From: Gekko japonicus
Lineage: Eukaryota
Assembly (NCBI RefSeq): GCF_001447785.1
Contig: NW_015161405.1
Span: forward strand, 1,512,357-1,572,063
Direction of reading: 5' to 3'
DNA: 59,707 nt
Shown: one piece after another, positions 1 to 13,094 of the stretch
How the letters are laid out: each line of letters opens with the position of its first letter
How positions within the stretch are numbered: the first letter of the stretch is position 1
Program-made: the position numbers and the translations under genes
Notes under the pieces: model-generated
What the model was told of the DNA's origin: nothing
Seen by the model: the letters and a program-made list of their open reading frames with translations, nothing else
The model's database searches: none

Positions 1-2800
1 CAAATAAGACCTCCAGTGACCCTGTTTCTGACCTACACACCCGCTCGAACCACCACCACCAGCCCCTGGTATGTAACTTGCCCCTGAATAGCCCCAACAA
101 GGTGCATGTGACTGTGTGTATAGCGGGGTCCCCCTGCAGCATGGAGATAGACTCTGGTTCGTCTTTCTCCATTATTTCCAAGGAAATGCTACGAGTAATC
201 TGTCCACGGGGGGGGACCCCTCCTGCAAAAGCCACAGGGATTTAAGTTACGGGACTTTAACAAGAACCCAGTGGTGGTCCAGGGCTGGGGCAAGTTTAAG
301 GTGCAGTACAAGGACTTTTGTGGACACTTAGACTTGCTGGTGGTGGGGGGTAGGCTTAGCCACACTGGCGGGGGCCTAGGTCTTCAGCAAATTGGACCTG
401 GCCAAGGCATACCAGCAACTACCAGTGGATGCCGCCACTGCCGAGGCCCAAACTATAGCCACACAAGGGGGCTTTTAAGGTACATCGGCTCTAGTTTGGG
501 GTGTCAGTCACACCAGGCATTTTTCAATCATTTATGGATGCTGTCTTGAAAGGGATCCCCGGACCCATTTTTAGACAAAATGCTTATTGTGGCCCCGGAT
601 GATGCGTCCTTCGCAGATCGGCTTAGGGTGGTGCTCCAGCGGTTTAACATGGCCGGACTAAAAGTCAAATGAGAAAAATGCCTCCTGGGGGTGCCTTGGG
701 TGGAGTTCATGGGGTTTGCTGTGGACGCCAAGGGCATCCACCCCATGGACGACAAGACCAGGGCAATCACTCAGGCTCCCCCGCCCACGTCTAAGACTGA
801 GCTGCACGCCTTCCTAGGCCTGTTGAATTTCTATCATTCTTTCCTCCCCTTCAAGGTGGCCATGGCAGAACCCCTTCACTGCCTGTTCGACAAGAATGCC
901 CCTTGGGCCTGGGGGCCAGAGCACGCCGCCGCATTCCAAGCAGTAAAGGATCTCCTAGTATCAAACTTGGTCCTCTCGCATTTTAACAAGGATCTGCCTG
1001 TGGTCCTCACCTGCGATGCGTCTCCATATGGGGTCAGGGCGGTCCTGGGCCATCAGCTCCCAGATGGCCGGGAGGTCCCAGTCGCCTATTATTCACAGAC
1101 CTTGTCATCTGCGGAGCACAGCTATGCGCAGATTGACAAGAGGCGCTTGCTATCGTGGTGGGGGTGAAAACATTTCATCACTACCTGTACAGCCAGCCTT
1201 TTACGATCCTCACCGACCATAAGGCACTTCTCGGCCTTCTGGCCCCCGACCACCAGACCCCACAGATGACGTCACCCAGGATGCTCCGGTGGTCTGTTTT
1301 TTTGGAAGGGTATGCGTATTCGCTCGTCCACTGGCCTAGGAAAGCAATGGGCCATGCAGACACCTTGAGCTGTCTCTCGCTGCCAGCTTCGGATCCGGCC
1401 CCGCCTCACCAGGTCATGCTTCTGGAGGTCCTTCCTGACCAGCCCATGCACGTTCATGAGGTGGCACGCCGCACTGCCAAGGACAAGGTCCTCTGCCACG
1501 TCTTGGACTGGGTGAGAAGGGAGGGTGGACTTCATGGCGTTCATCTCCTGCAAAGACAAACTGTTGGCCCACAAGGGATGCTTGATGTGGGGAGGCAGGA
1601 TGGTAATCCCGACCCCCTTAAGGGAATGAGTTCTTGCAGCTCTCCACAAAATGCATCCGGGGGTGGTCAGGATGAAAGCACTGGCCAGGAGCTACGTCTG
1701 GTGGCCAGAGCTCAATTGGGACATTGAGGATGTGGTTAAGAGATGCCAGCCCTGCCAGGAATCCAGACCCGAGCCTCCCAGGGCCCCCACATGAGCCTGG
1801 GAGTCATCTCACAGACACTGGTCCAGGCTACACTTGGATTTCATGGGGCCGTTCCAGGGTCAGTTGTTCTTCATCCTGGTGGATGCGTACAGCAAGTGGT
1901 TGGAAGTGGTCCTGGTGCCGTCCACCTCCTCAAAAGCAGCAATACGGGCCATGTGGAGGATTTTCAGTGCCCAGGGCATTCCCGACACCCTGGTCACTGA
2001 CAACGGTATGGCATTCCCCTCCAGCGAGTTCCAGGACTTCACCTGGTATTATGGGATCCACCACGTCAGGTCGGCCCCTTTCCACCCTGCAACCAACGGC
2101 CAGGCCGAGCGCATGGTTCGGCCGACCAAAGATGCGCTCCACCACCTGGACAGTAAAGACTGGGACTACAAGCTGGCCGCCTTTCTCTTTGGCCAGCGTA
2201 CAACACCTCACACCACGATGGGACACAGCTCAGTGGAGCTACTCCTGGCCAGATGCCTGATGACCCAGCTGGATTGTCTTCACCCCGATTGAGCCCTGAA
2301 AGAAGAGCCGGACACTAAGTCTCTGCAGGCAGCCCGGAGATTCTTCCCAGAGGATCCTGTGCATGCCAGGAACTATGCGCGGGGTCCACGATGGATTCTG
2401 GCCTGGGTGGTGAGCGTCACCGGCCCCCGATCGTATGAGGTCTCCAGCGAGGATGGCCAGGTACTCCGCTGCCACATCGACTAGCTGCGTCGGTGGGTGC
2501 TGCCCTATGACCCAGAGGATTTTGAGGAACCAGGTCCCTCCGAGGCTGCAACTCCTTCTCTGATACTGGATCCTCCAGTTTCCCCCGACATGGTGCCCAG
2601 CCTACCCTCCATGACAACAGACAGCACGGCCGCACCTAGCGGAGCAACACAGAACTGTCCACCACAGCCGACGCCGGCCAGCACTCAGCTGAGTGCATCG
2701 GTATCAGCTCCTGCCTGTGCGCCCGAACTTCGACGCTCCTCTAGAGCAAGGAAAGCTCCCACTTATCTCCAGGACTTTGTTTGTGGGTGTCTTTCGGACC
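1..2800 (+). mobile_element. Gypsy/Ty3 LTR retrotransposon internal region: decayed pol (protease, RT, RNase H, integrase)
   Basis: IDSGS protease-like motif at ~145. RT/RNase H ORF 691-1167 (FLGLLNFY, LTCDASPYG, VAYYS) and TDHKAL at 1155-1727. HHCC zinc finger at ~1645-1757. Integrase core ORF 1834-2292 (DFMGPF, VDAYSKW, TDNG, PFHPATNGQAER). Several stops and frameshifts. Confidence 0.95.
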
Positions 2801-3121
2801 AAGGGGGTAAGGGTGTAATGTATCCATCTCTGACCACGTGCAAGACAAGCTCTCGATGCGGTCATGTGAAGCGCCCGAGCTTCGCTCTCAGAGACAATGG
2901 CCCAAGTGGATCCTAGCCTGCACCAATCAGAGGGCTAGGCTCTCGGCCAAGAGCCCATGGAACTCTCAGCCACTGTAAATAGCCTATCACTAGTGTGTGT
3001 GTGGGGGTGTTTTTGGTGTGGGATTGTTGCACATATAAACCAGCCTGCGAGCCGGGTTTTCTTGTCTTGTTCTTTCCCGAAATAAAGTATGAGAGCTGAA
3101 ATCACTAGTAAGTACTTTTCA
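2801..3121 (+). mobile_element. Polypurine tract and 3' LTR of the Gypsy element
   Basis: AAGGGGGTAAGGG at 2801-2813 followed by TGTAATGT at 2814. CCAAT, TATAAA and AATAAA (3081) lie downstream. Right boundary approximate. Confidence 0.8.
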
Positions 3122-3329
3122 GTATATATATTTATATAACGTTTCTATATTTGAATTAGATTTTTGAAGATTTAAAAATCTTTCAAAATCCCTTTGGAAA
3201 CATAGATGTTAACCACCATCCCCCCAGTGACAGAGTCTTTTTTTTTGGTCAAAGGGTGTCCCCACCTCCCAATTTTCCCAGTGTAAAAAAATCCCTAATC
3301 TCTGGTTTCATATTTTACAGCCTTCATGC

Positions 3330-3690
3330 AACAAAACCAAAGGAATAAGTGTGGACACTCTATAAGAGATGCCTTTATCATATCACCTTCAGGTCTTATA
3401 AAAACTCTTGTCTACATACAGCCGAAATCTGTGCTTAGCATACATCCAATCTGCAATGGATCAAATGGTCTACCTGGCCAACATTGTTGGCCCTTTCTGC
3501 GGTATATGGCTGGCAAATTAAGCATTCAAAGAAGTACATGAGAAACAGGGAACATTGCAATCCATTGCCTGTCCTTCACTCCAAGTTTGTTGAATAAAAG
3601 CTTGTTTTCATACCATCAACTTTTCTTTACTTTTTCTTTTTTAACACCCTGGATCAATGAGTAAGTCCCTCAGCTTGGCAGTACATTGCA
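3330..3690 (-). pseudogene. Endogenous arenavirus-like L fragment, N-terminal endonuclease
   Basis: Minus strand reads KLRDLL...EKLMV*KQAFIQQT (3584-3607; cf. ERLSRQKLAFLVQT), then FIRPEGDMIKASLIEC (3351-3402; cf. FVVPDGYKLTGNVLILLEC), in the correct order. Confidence 0.65.
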
Positions 3691-4199
3691 AAGAAGAGTG
3701 TTTCATACCTGCTCATTGTTCTTTTATTGTGAGAAGAGCACAACATACAATAAATCTCAGCTTTTCTATATACTATTTGTTACAAGACTGTCTGGAAGAT
3801 TCAGGGGAAAGCTTAGACTGTGCAAACAAATTACACACAGACTTGTCTATGTTTCTAGTTCTTCCACTTCAGGCCTTGCTTTTCCTGTATCCTTTATATG
3901 TTAACAACAAACTGTCTACACCTGAAAGTAGTATGCCTCTTGCCAACTCACAGTGCTGCAAAACTGCTGTAGAGCTGCCATAAAGCACGTTCCTGGAAAT
4001 TATTCTTATCCTGCTCCCTATGCAATAAAGCCATGATGTATTGGGAAATGCCCTTTTGTTTAATTTTTCCTTGAGAGTACTTGAAACAGCGTTTTCAGGA
4101 TTTTGTTTAGTTTAAGTTAAGATTAAAGTGGTTTCCCCCTTGAAATTTTCCTTCTGCATAAAATTCTCTGCTCTAGTGAACTTTTCACCCTAACTAGGA

Positions 4200-4990
4200 A
4201 TGAAAATAAATCACAAAACACTGTAGCACTTTATAGAAAAGAGTTTCCATTTTGCAACCCACCCTATTCAGTATTGATTTGGCATCAGATGGTTGCTACT
4301 GGTTTCGAGAAGGAGCTGGAGAATGACAGGGCCATTAAATCAAACTTTATTAACACACCAGAGAAATCTCCGTTGGGGTGGGGCTCCAAAGAACTGTATG
4401 GCAACCTGTTATAGCGGACTTGACTTCCCATCCCAACTCCGAAGAGCATGATATAACTTGCTTCTGCGTTATGCATTATTTGACTAAGGAAGCAATAAAT
4501 AACCCATTTATACTAACCTAGTCTTTCTGAAGCCAATCAGCAGAGCTGTTCACAGCCCTCAACAAAAAAATTCCAGATTCTCTGCCAAGAAAACTCAAAT
4601 TCTGTGCTCCAAAATTAATGATGCAAATCTACAAAATGTGTGCCTTTATTTTTCATTAATGTAGCTATTGCCGTATTTTATCCTTGGCTTTGGAAAATGA
4701 GAGGTGTAGGGGCACAAGAAGGAAGTGTTGCTCAGGGAGCAGTCCTAAACAGGTCTAATCAGAAGTAAGTCTCATTTTATTAAATGGGGCTTACTCCCAG
4801 GAAAGTATTTTTAGGATTGTAGTCCAACTGAGGGGCTGTAAAGCCTTAAGGGTTCATAAACATGATGGGGAGGGAAGAGGTGAAGGAGAACTTTTGCAAG
4901 GCACGCTGTATCAAGCAACCACGAGTGCTATAAACTTGTGTTTTTTCCTAAATAGCAATAGCTGAGCTTATCCTGCACTCAAGTACTGCT
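4200..4990 (+). pseudogene. Endogenous arenavirus-like L fragment, PA-like/fingers region
   Basis: In order: SI(L)CNP ~4245, MHYLTKE at 4471 (cf. CHFITKE), FLKP ~4525 (cf. FLEPK), TTSAINLCFF ~4918-4947 (cf. TTAMLKNLCFY). Implies a large internal deletion. Confidence 0.6.
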
Positions 4991-5169
4991 TCATACAACA
5001 GCCACTAAGAATTCTAGAATTCTCCTACTATATCACAGAAGACAGGTTGCCAGCCTCCAAGTTCAGAGGGTGGATTCTATGCAATCACCTCCTTGCACAG
5101 CTCCCTCCCCTCCCTTAACTCTCCAGGCACCACCTCCAATTTCCAGGAATTTCCCAAGCTGGAGTTGAC

Positions 5170-5390
5170 AAAAGCACTAAGCAGAAGGTAACCTGGTTAG
5201 AAGAAGGAGCCGGGCAAAGTATATTTCCCCAGGAAATAAGGTCCAAAATGTGTAGAATGCCACGAGATCCATTATCACTTTTTCCAGGTGTGGGAATTGC
5301 TGTTGCAGCAGCAGTGGCACCGGAGGAGGCAATTTTGCTTGATTTCTTGATGGGAGGCCCTTTCTGCAAACAAAATGCCACCCTCTAAGC
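5170..5390 (-). pseudogene. Possible arenavirus-like nucleoprotein fragment
   Basis: ORF 5115-5381(-) has a low-complexity linker followed by NGSRGILHILDL...VTFCL, resembling GNGVVRVWDV...LTLACL. Weak. Confidence 0.35.
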
Positions 5391-5409
5391 TTCTTCCCAA
5401 CCTACCGGG

Positions 5410-5642
5410 GGATAAGGGGCTGCATTGACTACATGATGATAGAAGATAACCATGATGACTGGAGTTCTGTGAATGGAGCCCCCAGGGGTTTTTTCCTGTA
5501 AAAAAAATCAGGCATGTAGATCTGGGATGAATAAGGGGCTGCATTGACTACATGATGATGGAAGATAACCATAATGACTGGAGTTCTGTGAGTGGAGCCC
5601 CCAGGGTTTTTTTTTTTCCTGTAAAAGAATCAGGCATGTAGA
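5410..5642. repeat. Tandem duplication, ~120 bp unit
   Basis: ATAAGGGGCTGCATTGACTACATG...AATCAGGCATGTAGA occurs twice (~5412 and ~5531). Confidence 0.9.
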
Positions 5643-5989
5643 AGCCCAATTCCATGACTGTGGCATGGAAAGGTTAAACTCCCGCACCCCATGCCATTTC
5701 CTCAATCTGCAGTGATCCACAGGCAGCTGGGCTTTGCCCCACTGTGGAAACATACACTTTTGAACTGAATTTATTAAAATGGTGATTGATGTGATATCCC
5801 AATAAGAAAGGCTGTGGCTTGGCTAGAGATGTTTAGCTGCTCTCACAAACACCAGCATTGTTTTAAAGAATGTGGCATCAGAATCACAGGGAAGGTGTCA
5901 TTACTGTTGGTCCCCACTGTACTGAGGTCCTGGAGTCACACCTGTGCTGCAATTTCCCCAGTTTCATTCGGGGTACCATTGTTGTGGGG

Positions 5990-6320
5990 CTTACATACCA
6001 GGCTGTTAGATCCTTTTCAGTGTTCCTATACTAGGATAACACACCATTGAGCATGCAAGCTGTCTGTAGAGATGTATGATTGGGTTTGTCCTACTGATGA
6101 AACTGTAGAGATGTATGATTGGGGTTCATCCTACTGATGAAAATGGTGCAATGAGGCATTCCAAGCTGTCTGTAGAGATGTATGATTGGGGTTTGTACAA
6201 TGGCTTCCATCAAAAGCCCTTGCCCTCCTTCCTTTCATCTTACTGATGAAAATGGTGCACTGAGTAAAAGTTAGATCTTCTTCTTTTGAAATGTGTTTCA
6301 TTTCTTGACCTAGAGGGTGC
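5990..6320 (-). pseudogene. Endogenous arenavirus-like L fragment, motifs D/E onward, with local tandem duplications
   Basis: ORF 6131-6322(-) reads MKHISK...CTIFISKM (cf. NKFISPK...AEFKSRF) and WNASLHH, then TSLQTACMLNGV (cf. TILDQCVANGV). CTGTAGAGATGTATGATTGGG occurs three times. Confidence 0.5.
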
Positions 6321-6364
6321 AAACAATAAAATAGCCACCAAACTCCTCTTTTTTCCTTTTTTTA

Positions 6365-6470
6365 GCTAGTGGAAATAGGCAATGTTCTATTTTCCACATT
6401 CTTCTACAGTGGAACAAACTCTTCCCTCTTTTTAACCAAAGTTTCAGCCCAATAACCACTTAACCTTCTC
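6365..6470 (+). pseudogene. Arenavirus-like L motif E fragment
   Basis: IGNVLFSTFFYSG followed by frameshifted PLLTKF (cf. [25 protein letters not shown]). Confidence 0.4.
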
Positions 6471-7049
6471 CAATCTCATACAACACGCAGGTCAAAATCT
6501 CTTTGCAATCCTACTTTACAACTGCTGAGTTCAGTTTTGGCTTGAAAAGAGCAAGGATTAAAAAACAGCACAGGGACCGGAGAAATCAGGAAATAGTATT
6601 GAGGAGGCAGCGTTATGATTGCTTGTGTGAGAGAGGCTGGCTTGTGTGAGACTAATAGCTATATCTTTAACTGCAGACAAAACCAGAAGCCTTAGCTATC
6701 CCGGAGAGGATGTAACCTGTTGCAGTAAAGGAATGCCACTTCCAAGGTCCTCTTTACTTAAATGGGACCAAAACGATGGCCCCCTATTCATCCTCATCAG
6801 GATGACCTTAGATGCAGCATTCCTTCAAACCAACATTCCACGTGAGGATTGTTTTGGAAATCACACTTCAGCTTTTATTTTACATGGACAACGAAAAGGA
6901 ATGTCTCCATTTTAGCTGATAGCCAATTAAAAACAAAATAAAGTCAGGAGCCAGCTTCTCTGTTTGCCATCAAAAAATAACCTTGGTGATCCCCCCCCCC
7001 CGAGCCCAAAGCTCGATAATCAAGCCATGCTTTTGTTCATAATACCTTG

Positions 7050-7530
7050 ACAATTGTATAACTCTATAGACTGGCCAAAAAGATGTTCAAACAGAGGAGT
7101 GTCCAAAGTTGCTTCCTCTGATACAGTCCCTCAGCCTGTGCGAAATCCTTTGAGGACCTTGCACTGGGATTTGGATGTTTTTTCTTTTTTCCCTGAAGGA
7201 TCAAATGAAAGAAAGAAAGAGGCAGGCAGGAGCTGCTTCCCAGGTTATTCTGGTTTCAAAACTCTGCCGTCTCCTGCTGCCAGGTCTTTCCTTTTGCTTT
7301 GGTGCGACATCAGAGTGTAGAGAGGCGGATGACCCTGTGCACTTGCTTCAAATGAGTGTAAATAGAAGATGATATTACTTGTCTGAATGAAGTGGACTAT
7401 CCCATGGAGGAGAATAATAGCTGTCGCCTAGCACCGGGGCTTTTTCTCCCTCTCCAAAAGACGAGGGAGAACTTAAAAGTCAAGGAGACCCAAAGACGAG
7501 GGTGAAAGTTGATTACTTTAAGGATTAAAC
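7050..7530 (+). pseudogene. Endogenous arenavirus-like nucleoprotein: end of core and exonuclease domain
   Basis: SDT...RNP(F)EDL at 7141 (cf. SDTPGERNPYENI); WCDI/ECREADDPVH at 7300-7345 (cf. WMDIEGRPEDPVE); SHG at 7400; APGL at 7431; LKSQG ~7475 (cf. LESQG). All in the correct order. Confidence 0.8.
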
Positions 7531-7699
7531 TGTTACCCTGGTGAAGTCAGCAAATACTGTTTCTAAGCAGTGATTTCAATGTCTCTTGAGCACTATGAAT
7601 CTCAGCTCTGTGATTAGGAATGCAACGTTTTAAAGATATAAATATCATTTTATGAGACCCTAAAATGTTATTTGGTGTTCTGACTAAAAAAAAAAAAAT

Positions 7700-8140
7700 T
7701 GCATTCTACCGCGATGCATGACACCAGGGAATTTCACAGTCATGTATGTTTGAAAGCTATATTAACGAAACATAAAATAATCCTTTTGAAATGTTGTAAA
7801 ACCCTTCATTTGTAGTGCTCTCTGAAGATTGGCTGCACTTTTAATAAATATATTGGCACTATGTGCTGATTTCTTCCCACTTCTGGTTAACTGAATTTCC
7901 ATAAGCATCAGTCGCTGTGTAAAAGTGCTGCCCATGTTGGAATTCAGCTATTTCTTGGCAAAACTTAGATTATTATTTCATTAAGAACCTAGGTAGATAT
8001 TAAAGCTTACTCAGATGGTTTATATATCATAATAATCTTCTTCATAGAAATTCTCACAAAGACAATAATTAAGCATAAACACACAGTGATCCTCAAAAAG
8101 CCCAGCGTATTTTAACTCAAAATCCCATAATGGCTATGAC
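7700..8140 (+). pseudogene. Endogenous arenavirus-like L fragment, RdRp motifs B-E
   Basis: QGI-HS at 7725 (motif B), SED at 7821 (motif C SDD), LEFSYF at 7937 (motif E), LTQMV ~8005. Confidence 0.5.
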
Positions 8141-8749
8141 CTTTAACCCCAATGTAACTGTTTCTATCCAGACTACTCATGGAAGGACACCATATAATGC
8201 AAGAGAATGAAAAGGTTAACAAAGTTAGTGGACTAAACAAACTTGATACTGAGAATGAACTTTCACATACAGCAAGAAAATAAACGTATCTGTCCCCAGT
8301 CTGATCTACACAGGAGGTTTGAGATACCAAAATATTAAATGTTATTAACTGCATAATCTCTATTTTACAGATCAGGGTTTACTCAAAGGGTTAGTATTTT
8401 TGCAAACTAATGACATACAGTTTCTTCAAAGAGTTTGTATGCTAGGGTATTCCCAGGAAGATTGTGTTAGGGTTGCTGTTTCCCAAAGGTTTCCCTAATG
8501 ATGAGGGAAATCACTGTGTTCTAGTGTAAGAACAAAGAAAGAAAGAAAATGACCCTTCCAACGGCAGGCAGTACAGTGGGTCAGGGCTCTAATCCAGCTC
8601 AATGTTTTATTTTTCTTTTAGAAAACTGTGCAAGAAATCTGAGCTCCCGCAAACACACTCTGGAACTGGGTTTCTTAAAAGAGAGCTACACTGGTTTGTA
8701 TGCTTTCCGCTTCCCCCAACTCACTTTACTACACCACTGATGCTCTTTT

Positions 8750-8799
8750 NNNNNNNNNNNNNNNNNNNNNNNNNNNNNNNNNNNNNNNNNNNNNNNNNN
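8750..8799. other. Assembly gap
   Basis: Run of N. Confidence 1.
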
Positions 8800-8879
8800 T
8801 AGTCATTCCCATTTCTAAGCAGAATGCTGGTAATCCCTTGAAATGAAGCTAGCCGTGGGTAAAAGAAAAGCAGCTCTGA

Positions 8880-9600
8880 TTCTGTTGTGGGCAGAAAAGC
8901 AAGTCTTAAAGGACTGAACCCATATCTCCTTGGACTGTGACATGCCAAGCAGTTTTATTTTCCATACCTTCTGACCACTCAGAGCAATGAAACAGACACT
9001 TCCATAAGACTCAGAGTATTTTCTCAGAGGGCTAACTAAAATCTCTTTAGTAGCTACTAACAGCTAGTGGGAAGTTAGTATATTTTCAGCGCAATCCTAT
9101 GCAGAGTTGCTCCAGTCTAGGCCCCTTGATATCAATTGCCATAGACTGGAGTAGTTCTGCATAGGATTACCCTGTTTGTGTCCCTTTACATTTGAAGGAG
9201 CACTGGAAGGTGGAGTTCAGCATGCTGCTCAGTCAGCTAGTTTAGAGAAACAAAAAGGAAATTGGGATACTTTAAAGATGAAGCAGATTTATTGTGGCAG
9301 AACCTTTCACTGACATCATCGGTTGTATGAAGCACGACCTCATGTGATCTGATGAAGCAGGGCTCTAGCCCTCTATAGCTTCTGCCACAATAAATCTGTT
9401 ATTTAAGGTACCGGAAGACTCATTCTTGTTCTTGGTGCATCAGACTAATGCAGCAAGCCCCCTGCCCCAGAATTTTCTCAATTTGGAGAGATTTTTTTGA
9501 AAATTCCAGTTCTGCTGGGATTTTACCATTCTGAATAACTGACACCTACTTCAGACTACCTCTGCTTCATCCCTGACTTCAAGCTCATTTATAAACAAGT
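8880..9600 (+). pseudogene. Endogenous arenavirus-like L endonuclease fragment(s), interrupted by short repeats
   Basis: LTPTSDYLCFIPDFKL at ~9539-9586 (cf. Lassa LTPSLCFVVPDGYKL). Weaker QK...TEP at ~8890-8920. Confidence 0.6.
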
Positions 9601-9964
9601 TAAATAGTATTAAACAGAACAAAGTTTGAGTCCAGTGGCAACTGGATTCGAACTTTGTTCTGCTCAGGGGTCATTTCGTAGAAAAAGAGCTAGGGGGACT
9701 CATTAGCATAACTCATTAGCATATGCCACACCCCCTGACATCACCGGAAGTGTGTCCTCCCCACAGCCGGTGGCAGGCACCAGCAGGGAGTTCCAGACCC
9801 CGCCCTCCCGCACCTCACCCGGGGGGATGGCGTCCCTCCGCGTCCCCCCCAAATGACCCCTGGCTCTGCTGCTTCAGACCAACACGGCTACCCACGTGAA
9901 TCAATATTAAACAGAACTGTGAAGAAGTGGACTCACAAGCGCTGTCCCCTCAGGTTGCAGAAGT

Positions 9965-10250
9965 TTAGAAAAGCTCCACCGCCATCCCAGGTCTCCACCC
10001 AGAGCTAATGCCCCTTTCTCTTACTCCCAAGGGTGTACCAACTTCTGTCAGGGTAGAAACTGCTGCCACCAACACATCTTCAAGAGTGTCTTCTGCTAGA
10101 CAGATCTGCACATCCAGCACTCTGTATCTGTGTTGCTGTTTAAAGGCTCTGCTTAGTTGCCACATCTCCCACTTCACTTGTATCAAGTAGAATGGAGATG
10201 ATCTATCACCCATTTGCATTTTCATACTCAAGGAATGGTGAACCACCCTT
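9965..10250 (-). pseudogene. Endogenous arenavirus-like nucleoprotein core fragment
   Basis: ORF 9965-10246(-): LSRAFK...ICLAEDTLEDVLVAAV...GVRER (cf. LGAAVK...ILIKPSNSEDLLKAVL...GDR). Confidence 0.5.
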
Positions 10251-11478
10251 TATATTCCTTGAATGGCCAACCACCACCCCTCCCCTTTACATCCCTTCTC
10301 CAGTTTGGCGGCTATTCTCAATTGTCCCTTGACACATGGTCACGATGGATCCTTGATGTAACAGCTAACTAATCATGGCTTGAAGATGCTCCCGGTAAGA
10401 ATCCAATGTAAGAAAGCATAACAGCCCTTCTTCCTTGTGTCCTGAGAATTTATAATTTCCCCTTCCAAGTCCATCCCCCTCTAGGGTCATTCATAATCTT
10501 TCTGAGTCAGGAGGATGAACTACAGTCGAGCCTGTTGGCTTTCCTAGTCTCTGTGTCTTTAGGTGTAACATTCCAGCAGAGGTGTAGATGGGAAACCTTT
10601 TGTTTTACTCCACCCAGATCTATTTGCTTAACTGAGCCCTAAAGTGCTCTGTGCTTGGGTTTTGATGGCTCTTCCCCTGGAACCTTTCTTCTTTGCCAGC
10701 TAAACAGTGCTCCAGTTCACAGACAAAGTGCAGTCCCAGTTATTGGAATATCAATGTGATTTTAGGGTTGAGGGTATTTCTCTACAATAATAAACAGATT
10801 ATTGAGGAACAGGAACATTTCTAACCTTTCATTGTGGAAATGGTCTGTTTTCTGGTTTTACTCTGTTTTTGATTAATTGACCATTCCTGCAGAGGACCTG
10901 TCCATGTGTGATCAATTTGATGACACTCTCAAAGCATTGGTGATGCAAGACTTCCCTCTTCAGAAGATGTCCTGCCTCTTTCTCATGAAAGCTTGCTATT
11001 TTCCTGTATGTTTAACAGTGTGAGCCTTGATAATCATTTCCAAAAATTTACCAGGGCTGATGCATCTGCAATATCCTGACCAACCCTTTTCCTAATATTA
11101 AAAAAGTGCTACGTTGGGTTTCTTACAGTCCTCTGTGAAAGAGGCAGATTTTTAATGCTTCACATCAACATCTTGGATCAAGTTAATTAAAAACTCCCTG
11201 GTGAATGTCATCCCGCCACATAAATACTTTTTCAGATTCAGTGTTAGTTCCAGAACTGCACACTTTTCCACCTTGTTTTGTTATGACTTTATAGAAGCAG
11301 TTCCTGAAAACAATTATTTGGGTTAGGTTAGGCATAGATATCTCTGCTATACCCTTTTCAGTGAAGGCCTTTGTAAAGAATTTATTTCACATGACCTCAC
11401 AACACACATGAAGCTGCCTTACACTGAATTGGACCATTGGTCCATCAAGGTCAGTATTGTCTACTCAGATGGGCAATG

Positions 11479-12031
11479 GCCTCATTCACATGGAGAAGTT
11501 GCCATGCTGAAGACATGGATGATAGGCAGATTTTCCAGGCGCAATCACACCGCAACATCTGGGAAGCGTAATGCACCTGTGGCTAACCCGTGGCTTGTTG
11601 CTGAAGATGCGGAGTAAAAAACCACCACATACGATGTAATAGTTTCCAGAAAATGCAGGGCAAGGGCGGGCATCTGATCGCATTTCTGCTGGAAACCCAT
11701 GGCATCCAGCACCCACCCATGTCCCCTTGCAAACCGGATGTTTGGTTTTTTTAAGGTCCCCACAGGATGCGCACAAACGATCATGCACATGCGCAAACTT
11801 CGGTGAGACCAAAAAAAATCCCGTTTGCCACAGAAGCGGTGCAGTGCGATTGCTGGTGTGAACGCGCTGTGCTGCTTCTTTGCAGTGCTGCAGACTAGCC
11901 GTCTGATTGGCACCTAGCACCTAACCATGGGACCTTGACAGGACATCTGATCGGGCTGTCGCGCGTTACTTTGTTCCGGGGCAAACAGCCACGCTTCGCC
12001 CCCACATTTCCTGGCCCGTGTGACCGGGGCC
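11479..12031. mobile_element. Non-autonomous DNA transposon (MITE), nested in another short repeat
   Basis: Imperfect TIRs GGCCTCATTCACATGG / CCGTGTGACCGGGGCC. Closely related to the element at 37626-38501. Confidence 0.7.
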
Positions 12032-13094
12032 AATGGCTCTCCAGAGTCATAGGCAGAAATGTTTCACATCAGCTTCTACTAGATCATTTTAACAGGGGAT
12101 GCCAGGGACTGAACCTAGAACCTTCTGCATATCAAGCAGATGCTCTACCACTGAGCCACAGCACCTCCCCAAATTTTGCCAGTCTGCAGTTTCCATGGGC
12201 TGGATCCTACAAAACTCCAGCACAAAAGAGGTAGCAAAAGACTTGCCCCATTTTCACTTTCCCCCAGCATCCTCCTGTGATTTTCAAAATACCAGTATTG
12301 AAGACTGGGGAAGACCCTCCTTGTGCTGATGGTTCATAGAATGCACCCCCCCCCCATCTTTCTTCAGGAAATACATATGTAACTTTGTCTATAACTGAAA
12401 GTACCACATAAATTCATGCAAATCTTCTCTTCAAGAAGAGGCATAATTGTATTTATCAAGTGACCTCACAATAAGGTATTAACATAGAGCAAATATATCA
12501 TATGTATTGTTATCTATATGATTGGAGTGGGGGTTAAGCAAAGACTGTTTTGCCTAGAAAAATGGCCCGTATCCATCCATGTCTATTCAGCCTTCTAGAG
12601 TCTTTACCAAAATACCAGGATATGGGCTTATCAAGTCCGACTCCAAACAAATTCTGTTATGTTCCCTGATGCAACAGCTTTTTCTTTAGGCTGAATTTGC
12701 AAATGCTATTTCATGTGCTTTACAGCACCTTCTCCTGTTGTTAGTAAAAAAAATATCTAAATACACTTGTAATGTGTTTCTGAATGACTGGTGACCATAC
12801 ACAATTTCCCCACGTTACACATGAACATGAAGCTGCCATCTACTGAATCACGCATTGTTCTATCAAAGTCAACATTGTCTACTGTGACTGCAGCTCTCCA
12901 GGCTATCCACTATCTAATCCTTTTAAATGGAGATTACAAGAACTGAATCTGGGACCTTCTGCATTCAGAGTAGATGCTCTACCACTGAACCACAGGCCCA
13001 TCCTGTCTCATGCAGTTTCAGACTTAGTCTGGTTGGAGTATCCTGCTATATGTCCAACCCCTTCATGTCTATGAACTTCTGAGAGGGGTGGAGG

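Noticed and set aside
3700-3990. Possible L thumb remnant on minus (GYRK..EVEEL)
   Set aside because: A single frameshifted motif, so left uncalled.
6055-6260. Short repeats with spacers resembling a CRISPR array
   Set aside because: Irregular local duplications in a vertebrate genome, with no constant repeat/spacer period and no cas genes.
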